Of a DNA stretch of 64,000 nucleotides, positions 58,169 through 64,000 are shown piece after piece. The notes below the pieces were generated by a model, which was given only the letters and a program-made list of their open reading frames with translations, was not told the DNA's origin and searched no databases. This DNA is from an uncultured delta proteobacterium (GTDB lineage: Bacteria; Myxococcota; Myxococcia; Myxococcales; Myxococcaceae). Position numbers and translations under genes: made by a program. Where the stretch lies: positions 512,001-576,000 of the forward strand of contig CAVYSY010000032.1 of assembly GCA_963771175.1 (NCBI GenBank), given 5' to 3'. Within the stretch, counting starts at the first letter, position 1. Every line of letters begins with the position of its first letter.

Positions 58169-60742
58169 CTACGGCGCGCCCATGATGAAGTCCTGCACGC
58201 CCACCTGGCCCTTCTCCGGGACCACGTCCTCCGGTTCCGTACCCTTCTTGAACCAGATGTTGGTGGCGTCCTTCGAGCCGGAAGACGCGAGCTTCCCCGT
58301 CTTCTTGTCGATGCGCAGCAGCTTCAGGTTCTCGCGCAGCCACTCGGGCGGCCAGAACTCGGACTGGGGCCGGGCCGCCAGCGCCGGCTTCATGTAGTTG
58401 AGCCAGATGGGCAGCGACGCGCGGCCACCCGTCTCGTAGCGGCCCAGCGGGTGCTCGTTCTTGTCGTAGCCCACCCACGTCACCGTCACCAGGTCGCGCG
58501 TGAAGCCGGCGAACCACGTGTCGAACGAGTCGTTGGTGGTGCCCGTCTTGCCCGCCGCCGGCTTGCCCAGCCGCTGCGCCGGCGCGCCCGTGCCCTCCTG
58601 CACCACGCCGCGCAACAGAGAGGTGAGGATGTAGCCCGTCTCGGGGCTCATCACCTGCTCACCCGGCTCGAACATGCGCGCGTAGCCCGCCGCCACCCGG
58701 TCCTGCAGCGGCGCCCAGGCGTCGTCGTACGCCGTGTGGTCCTCCAGCGTGCGCCCGAAGCGATCCTCCACCTTGCGGATGAAGTACGTGGGCTTCTTGC
58801 GGCCGTAGCGGTCGAAGGTGGCGTACACGTTGGCCAGGTCGTACGGGTACACGCACGAGGAGCCCAGCGCCGCCGAGAAGTCCATGTTCATCGGCGTGGT
58901 GAGGCCCAGCTTCTCGCTCCATGCCGCCATGTTCTTCACGCCCACCGCCGCGAACGTCTTCACCGCGGGGATGTTCATCGAGTTCACCAGCGCCGTGCGC
59001 AGCAGCACGTCCCCGAGGAACTCGTCGCTGTAGTTGTCCGGCTTCCAGCTCACCCCGTTGTCCGGGTCGTGCTCGACGATGGGCGAGTCCACGATGATGG
59101 TGGATCCCGTCCACCCGAGCTGCTCCAGCGCCGCCGAGTACACCAGCGGCTTGAAGGAGCTGCCCGGCTGACGGCACGCCTGGAAGGCCCGGTTGAACTC
59201 GTTGGCGTCGAAGTCGTACCCGCCCACCATCGCCGTGAGGTACTGGCGGTGCGGGTCGATGGACACCAGCGCGCTCTGCAGCTCGGGGTCCTGCTCCAGC
59301 CGGAAGAGCGGCACGCCCTCGGGGACCTCCTTGTCCAGCTTCCTGTCGAACTGGACGTTGTCGTCCGTGAGCTCCTTCTTCACCACGTGGCGAACCACGA
59401 TGACGTCGCCCACGCTCAACACCCGCTTGGCGGAGGTGAGCATCAGCCCCGGGTAGTAGCCCTCGGGGTTCACCTTGCGCGCCCAGCGCATGCCCAGCAG
59501 CGGCAGCAGTCCCTTGTGCGGGCCCACCTGCACGTCCGCGCCCTCGGCCTCCACCTTCGTCACCAGGGCCACGTACAGCTTGCCCTCCTGGAGCTTCTCG
59601 TCGCCCACCGCCTTCTTCGCCTTCTCCAGGAAGGCCTTGCGCTCCTGCTCCGTGGCGAGCTGCAGCACCGGCCCGCGGAAGCCCTGGCGCTTGTCGATGG
59701 ACAGCAGGCCATCCAGCACCGAGTCCTGCGCGGCGCGCTGGCGCTCGCTGTCCATGGTGGCGAAGATCTTCAGGCCCTCGTTGAGCAGCACCTTGTTGCC
59801 GTAGCGCTCCACCACGTCGCGGCGGACCTGCTCGGTGAAGAACGGGGCGAACTCGTGGAAGACGTCCTCCACCGGGTACACCTGCACCGGCTCCTCATCG
59901 GCCTGCTTGCGCTCGGCCGCGGAGATCATCCCCTCGTCGAGCATGCGCCGCAGCACGTAGGAGCGGCGCTTGCGGGCCGACTCCGGCCGCAGGAAGGGCG
60001 AGTAGCGGCTGGGCGCCTGGGGCAGGCCGGCGATGAGCGTCATCTCCCCCAGCGTCAGGTCGCGCACGTCCTTGCGGTAGTAGTTCTCCGCCGCGCTCTG
60101 CACGCCGTAGCTGTGGTGCCCGAGGAAGACGTTGTTGAGGTAGAGGTAGAGGATCTCCTCCTTCGTCAGCGCCTCCTCCAGGCGCCGGGCGAGGATGGCC
60201 TCGCGAATCTTGCGCGTGAGGTTCTTGGCGGTGGCGCTCTCGTAGCCCTCGGCGGCGATGAGCACGGCCTTCGCCGTCTGCTGCGTCAGGGTGGAGCCAC
60301 CCTGCATGCTGCCGCCCAGGCCCAGCTTCTTGCGGATCGTCTTGAAGCCGGCGCGCGCCGTGCCCAGCACGTCCACACCGTGGTGGTCGAAGAAGCTGGA
60401 GTCCTCGCTGGCGATGAAGGCCTGCACCAGCCGCTTGGGGATGCGCTCGTAGGGCACCACCTTGCGCCGGTGGTGGTAGAACTCGCCGGCCAGCACCGCG
60501 TCGTCGGTGTAGACCTCGGTGACGATGGGCGGCCAGTACTGGTCCACCCGGGGGATCTCCGGCAGCCCCTGCGAGAAGTGGTAGTACACACCCGCCACGG
60601 CGATCACCGCCGCGGTGGCACCGGTCAGCGTGGCCCACGCCGCGAACTTCAGCAGCCGCACCCACCAGGAGCGCTTCGGCGGCACGCCATCCAGCACCAG
60701 CTTCGACTGGGAGCGATCGGTCTTCTCGGAATTCATACTCAT
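58169..60742 (-). CDS. mrcA: Penicillin-binding protein 1A
   Basis: Transglycosylase motifs SEDSSFFDH, GGSTLTQQ and RKIRE. Transpeptidase motifs SSFK, SMN and KTGT. Confidence 0.93.
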   Translation of the reverse strand: MSMNSEKTDRSQSKLVLDGVPPKRSWWVRLLKFAAWATLTGATAAVIAVAGVYYHFSQGLPEIPRVDQYWPPIVTEVYTDDAVLAGEFYHHRRKVVPYERIPKRLVQAFIASEDSSFFDHHGVDVLGTARAGFKTIRKKLGLGGSMQGGSTLTQQTAKAVLIAAEGYESATAKNLTRKIREAILARRLEEALTKEEILYLYLNNVFLGHHSYGVQSAAENYYRKDVRDLTLGEMTLIAGLPQAPSRYSPFLRPESARKRRSYVLRRMLDEGMISAAERKQADEEPVQVYPVEDVFHEFAPFFTEQVRRDVVERYGNKVLLNEGLKIFATMDSERQRAAQDSVLDGLLSIDKRQGFRGPVLQLATEQERKAFLEKAKKAVGDEKLQEGKLYVALVTKVEAEGADVQVGPHKGLLPLLGMRWARKVNPEGYYPGLMLTSAKRVLSVGDVIVVRHVVKKELTDDNVQFDRKLDKEVPEGVPLFRLEQDPELQSALVSIDPHRQYLTAMVGGYDFDANEFNRAFQACRQPGSSFKPLVYSAALEQLGWTGSTIIVDSPIVEHDPDNGVSWKPDNYSDEFLGDVLLRTALVNSMNIPAVKTFAAVGVKNMAAWSEKLGLTTPMNMDFSAALGSSCVYPYDLANVYATFDRYGRKKPTYFIRKVEDRFGRTLEDHTAYDDAWAPLQDRVAAGYARMFEPGEQVMSPETGYILTSLLRGVVQEGTGAPAQRLGKPAAGKTGTTNDSFDTWFAGFTRDLVTVTWVGYDKNEHPLGRYETGGRASLPIWLNYMKPALAARPQSEFWPPEWLRENLKLLRIDKKTGKLASSGSKDATNIWFKKGTEPEDVVPEKGQVGVQDFIMGAP

Positions 60743-61704
60743 GTGGGGTCCAGCGCGGCGCGCTTGAGCACGTCCTTCAACTCCGGGGGCAGTTGCGCCT
60801 CCACCGCCACCTTGCCCCCGTGAGCCGGGTGGGGAAATTCGATGCGCTCGGCGTGCAGGAACAGACGTTTCAGGCCCCAGCGGGCCTTCACATCGCGGTT
60901 GAAGGCGAAATCACCGTACTTCTTGTCTCCCGCCACCGGATGGCCGATGGCGGTCAGGTGCCTTCTTATCTGATGAGTGCGTCCGGTCTCGATGACGCAG
61001 GAGAGGAGGGCTGCCTCGCCTGATTGCTTGATGACCTTCCATCGAGTGACGGCCTCCTGCATGTTCACCCCGCGTCGGGCCTTGGACTCGGCCGTCTGCT
61101 GGTGCTCAGCGAGCGGGAGATTAATGACGCCCGAGTCGCGCGGCATCTTCCCCTTGACCAGTGTCAGATACCGTTTGGCCGGATGTCCGTGGGTGAAGAT
61201 TTCCGTGAAGTGGACCATCGCCGGCCGGCGCTTGGCCACGAGGATGACCCCGCTCGTCTCCCGGTCCAGCCGGTGCGCGGGGCTGGCGGCGAAATCGTTC
61301 CTCACGGCTTTTGGCCCCAGGTGGGCGCGCACGTAGTCCACCAGCGTCCCCCCGGTAATCCCACTGCCGGTGTGGACAGCCATCCCACTCGGCTTGTCCA
61401 CCGCCATCATCCAGTCGTCCTCCATGAGGATGATGAGCTCGCTGGGGTCCACGGGGGGAGGGGGTGGGGGCTTGCGCTCCTCGGGGGTGGCCGGGGCGAG
61501 GAGCTGCTCCTCGGTCCCCCGGATGGAGACCATGTCGCCGGCCGCCAGGGGTTGTTCGGGCTGAGCCCGTTTTCCGTTCACCCGGACCTTCTTCACGCGA
61601 ATCATCTTGAAGAGGTGCGAGGTCGGTACATTGGCGAGCTTCTTCCGGAGGAACTTGTCCAAACGGATGCCCGCGTTGTCGTCGTCGATTCGGAACTCGA
61701 TCAT
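60739..61704 (-). CDS. RluA-family pseudouridine synthase (RluC/D-like, with S4 domain)
   Basis: RLDKFL, KPSGMAVH, HRLDRETSG, TGRTHQIR and LFLHA motifs. Confidence 0.92.
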   Translation of the reverse strand: MIEFRIDDDNAGIRLDKFLRKKLANVPTSHLFKMIRVKKVRVNGKRAQPEQPLAAGDMVSIRGTEEQLLAPATPEERKPPPPPPVDPSELIILMEDDWMMAVDKPSGMAVHTGSGITGGTLVDYVRAHLGPKAVRNDFAASPAHRLDRETSGVILVAKRRPAMVHFTEIFTHGHPAKRYLTLVKGKMPRDSGVINLPLAEHQQTAESKARRGVNMQEAVTRWKVIKQSGEAALLSCVIETGRTHQIRRHLTAIGHPVAGDKKYGDFAFNRDVKARWGLKRLFLHAERIEFPHPAHGGKVAVEAQLPPELKDVLKRAALDPT

Positions 61705-61747
61705 TTGACTGGCGCACGGACCAGACCACACCGATAAATTCGGGTCC

Positions 61748-63223
61748 ATGCCGAAAGCCCCCTCGATTGAACAGCTCCTACAGAACGGAAGCGCGGAGTG
61801 GAACCGGCTGCGCAAGGCCGGCAAGGTGCCCACCGAGCACACTGGCGCCACCTTCGCGCAGCTCTTCTCCGCCAACACCGACCTGTCGGGTCTGGGACTG
61901 GTGGGCAGCGAATGGGAACGCTGCGACCTGTCCAAGGTGAATTTCCGAGATACAGACCTCTCCAACGCCTACTTCCACGGCGGTCGCCTGCAGGACTGCG
62001 ACTTCCGCGGCGCCAACCTCGAAGGCGCCACCTTCGAGAAGCTCAAGCTGCTGCGCTGTGACTTCACGGGCGCCAAGGGGCTCGACGAAGCCGACTTCGA
62101 GGACGTGGACATGGACCGCGTCGTCGGACTCGAGGGCGAGGAGGCCCCGCCGCCCCCTCCGCCCCCGGTGCAGGGCATCACCGCCTTCACCCGCGAGCAG
62201 CGCGACAAGGTGATGGGCCCCGGCGGTCTCGCGGGCCCGTCCATGCCCGAGCTGCCCGCGGAGAGCGAGCTGCCGCCCTTCAAGCCCCAGGACAACCCGG
62301 GCCAGCTCTTCTTCCGCGCCCTCAAGCGCCTGGGCGCACCGCCGCTCTGGGTGCTGGACGTGCCCGGCCTGCGCCCGCTGCTGCCCGCGCGCATGCCTCC
62401 CGGCTCCTCCCTGGAGACGCTCTACCGCGAGGCGGTGAAGACGCGGCTGGAGAACAAGAAGCCCTCGGCGGACCCCAGCGCGGTGGAGAGGGCCCAGCGC
62501 TCGCTGCGGCTGGGCAGCAAGGACTCCAACCTCGCCGCCATGTACCTGCGCGAGGTGGGCGTCGTCCCCGACTTCCGCTTCTCCGCCGCCAAGGTGCTCA
62601 AGGACGCCCTGCGCGAGGAGCTGCAGGTGGATGACATCACCGGCTCGGTGGACCCGCGCACCACCGGCGCCCTGCTGGAGCTGCGGCTGCCCCACGAGGT
62701 GGTGGAGCACACCCACGAGGTGCGCCGCCGGCTCGCCGCCACCCAGCTCTACACCGCCCTGCTCGAGGCCGGCTTCAACCCGGAGAACAACTGGGAGGAG
62801 GCGCTGGAGTCGGCGGACGCCGCCATGGAGCTGGCCCAGCTCGCCACCGGTGAGGATCGGCAGGCGCTGCTCGAGGGCTTCCAGGTGTTCTCCGCCCTCC
62901 CCGAGGAGGCCCGCCTGCGCCGCCTGGCCTACCTGGCCGAGGCCCTCGGCCACCTGGAGCTCCTGGGCCGGCTGCCCGAGGGCATGGAGCCGGCGTGGCT
63001 CACCGGCCCCGAGACGCGCGAGTGCCACGACCGGGAGATGACCTACGTGCAGTCGCTGCGCGCCGAGGACATCCCCGCCAAGGTGCCCGCGCTCGCCAAG
63101 GCCGAGCTGGGCGTGCCCGAGGGCGAGGTGCCCGAGGAGAGCGAGGAGGACCTCTTCGTCCACCTGCGCTGCGACGTGTGCGGCAAGGAGAAGCTCATCG
63201 TCCAGTCGCCCGGCGAGGAGTAA
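61748..63223 (+). CDS. Pentapeptide-repeat protein with helical domain and C-terminal CxxC
   Basis: TDLSN/DFRGANLEGA repeats and CDVCGK. Confidence 0.82.
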   Translation: MPKAPSIEQLLQNGSAEWNRLRKAGKVPTEHTGATFAQLFSANTDLSGLGLVGSEWERCDLSKVNFRDTDLSNAYFHGGRLQDCDFRGANLEGATFEKLKLLRCDFTGAKGLDEADFEDVDMDRVVGLEGEEAPPPPPPPVQGITAFTREQRDKVMGPGGLAGPSMPELPAESELPPFKPQDNPGQLFFRALKRLGAPPLWVLDVPGLRPLLPARMPPGSSLETLYREAVKTRLENKKPSADPSAVERAQRSLRLGSKDSNLAAMYLREVGVVPDFRFSAAKVLKDALREELQVDDITGSVDPRTTGALLELRLPHEVVEHTHEVRRRLAATQLYTALLEAGFNPENNWEEALESADAAMELAQLATGEDRQALLEGFQVFSALPEEARLRRLAYLAEALGHLELLGRLPEGMEPAWLTGPETRECHDREMTYVQSLRAEDIPAKVPALAKAELGVPEGEVPEESEEDLFVHLRCDVCGKEKLIVQSPGEE

Positions 63224-63240
63224 CGGCCGGACGCACCCGC

Positions 63241-63280
63241 GGACGGGGGGAGTGAACGACTCGGGACACTCCCCCTGTCC
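63241..63280 (+). terminator. Hairpin after the pentapeptide gene
   Basis: GGACGGGGGGAGTG..CACTCCCCCTGTCC. Confidence 0.5.
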
Positions 63281-63342
63281 CATCCGGTACACCCGCCGGG
63301 CGCCAGCGGCCATGACTGCCCTGATTCCAGGGGTTTGGCGCG

Positions 63343-63358
63343 CGGCACGAGGAGTGCT
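63343..63358 (+). promoter_or_regulatory. Possible sigma54 promoter
   Basis: CGGCACG-AGGA-GTGCT with correct GG-N10-GC spacing. Confidence 0.4.
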
Positions 63359-63420
63359 TAGGGGAAGGCACATGAGCCGTCGGGCTCATGACATTGCCCT
63401 CGAACCCCGGAGCACCCTCC

Positions 63421-64000
63421 ATGAAGCGAATCCAGATCCTCGCGCTCAGCCTCTTCGCGCTGGCCTTCGGCCTCGTCACCACCGGTTGCGGCGGCGGCGA
63501 CAGCAGCGTCACCATCAAGCTCACCGACGCCCCCGGCGACTTCAAGGCGGCCGTCGTCACCATCTCGGAGGTCTATCTCCAGGGTGAGGGTGGCAGGGTG
63601 GTGCTGCGTGACACGCCGGCGACCACCAACCTGGTGAGCCTGGCCAACGACACCGCGGACCTCGTCAAGGACGCCATCGTCCCGGCCGGCTCCTACAAGG
63701 AGCTGCGCTTCGTCATCTCCGGCGCCTACATCGAGGTCGAGCAGGCCGACGGCAGCACCCTCATCTACGCCACCTCCAACGACTACGCGGGCCTGCCCGC
63801 GGGCGCCAAGGTCGCCGGCATCCTGCAGACGCCGAGCTTCAGCTCCTCCGGCCTGAAGGTGAAGTTCGACGGCGACGTGGAGGTCTCCGGTGAGCAGAAG
63901 GTCATCCTGGTGGACTTCGACGTCTCCCAGAGCTTCGGCAAGGATCGCGGCCAGGGCGACAAGTGGGTGATGAAGCCCGTCATCAAGGGCGCGGACATCA
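63421..64000 (+). CDS. DUF4382-like lipoprotein (runs off the window)
   Basis: MKRIQILALSLFALAFGLVTTGC, IKLTDAP, LVDFDVSQSF and MKPVIK. Confidence 0.8.
   Translation, partial: MKRIQILALSLFALAFGLVTTGCGGGDSSVTIKLTDAPGDFKAAVVTISEVYLQGEGGRVVLRDTPATTNLVSLANDTADLVKDAIVPAGSYKELRFVISGAYIEVEQADGSTLIYATSNDYAGLPAGAKVAGILQTPSFSSSGLKVKFDGDVEVSGEQKVILVDFDVSQSFGKDRGQGDKWVMKPVIKGADI

Overview
GC-rich myxobacterial chromosome segment. Gene content and codon style suggest Cystobacterineae (Archangium/Cystobacter-like); this is an inference. It holds about 50 CDSs, mostly housekeeping and metabolic: RpoH-family sigma, DEAD-box helicase, gdhA, ilvA, thiolase, pruA, deoD, metY, tatBC, MCP, HDAC, GST, PBP1A and RluA. 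At least 13 genes carry 1-bp frameshifts, which most likely reflect assembly indel errors. Highlights: (1) a conflict island at about 9.6-17 kb with a SitA/SitI-like lipoprotein nuclease toxin and immunity pair, plus a TIR-NACHT-pentapeptide-WD40 NLR-like gene whose 14 near-identical 126-bp repeats vary at only a few codons; (2) a second lipoprotein/immunity-like pair at 20.4-21.4 kb; (3) a candidate leader-peptide attenuator and 20-bp operator upstream of metY and a MetX-homoserine dehydrogenase fusion; (4) a sigma54 promoter and UAS linking a XylR-type activator to yceI; (5) an intergenic 118-bp inverted-repeat element next to a perfect 31-bp palindrome; (6) a roughly 1750-aa acidic tandem-repeat protein. 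No rRNA, tRNA, CRISPR array or intact transposase was seen.
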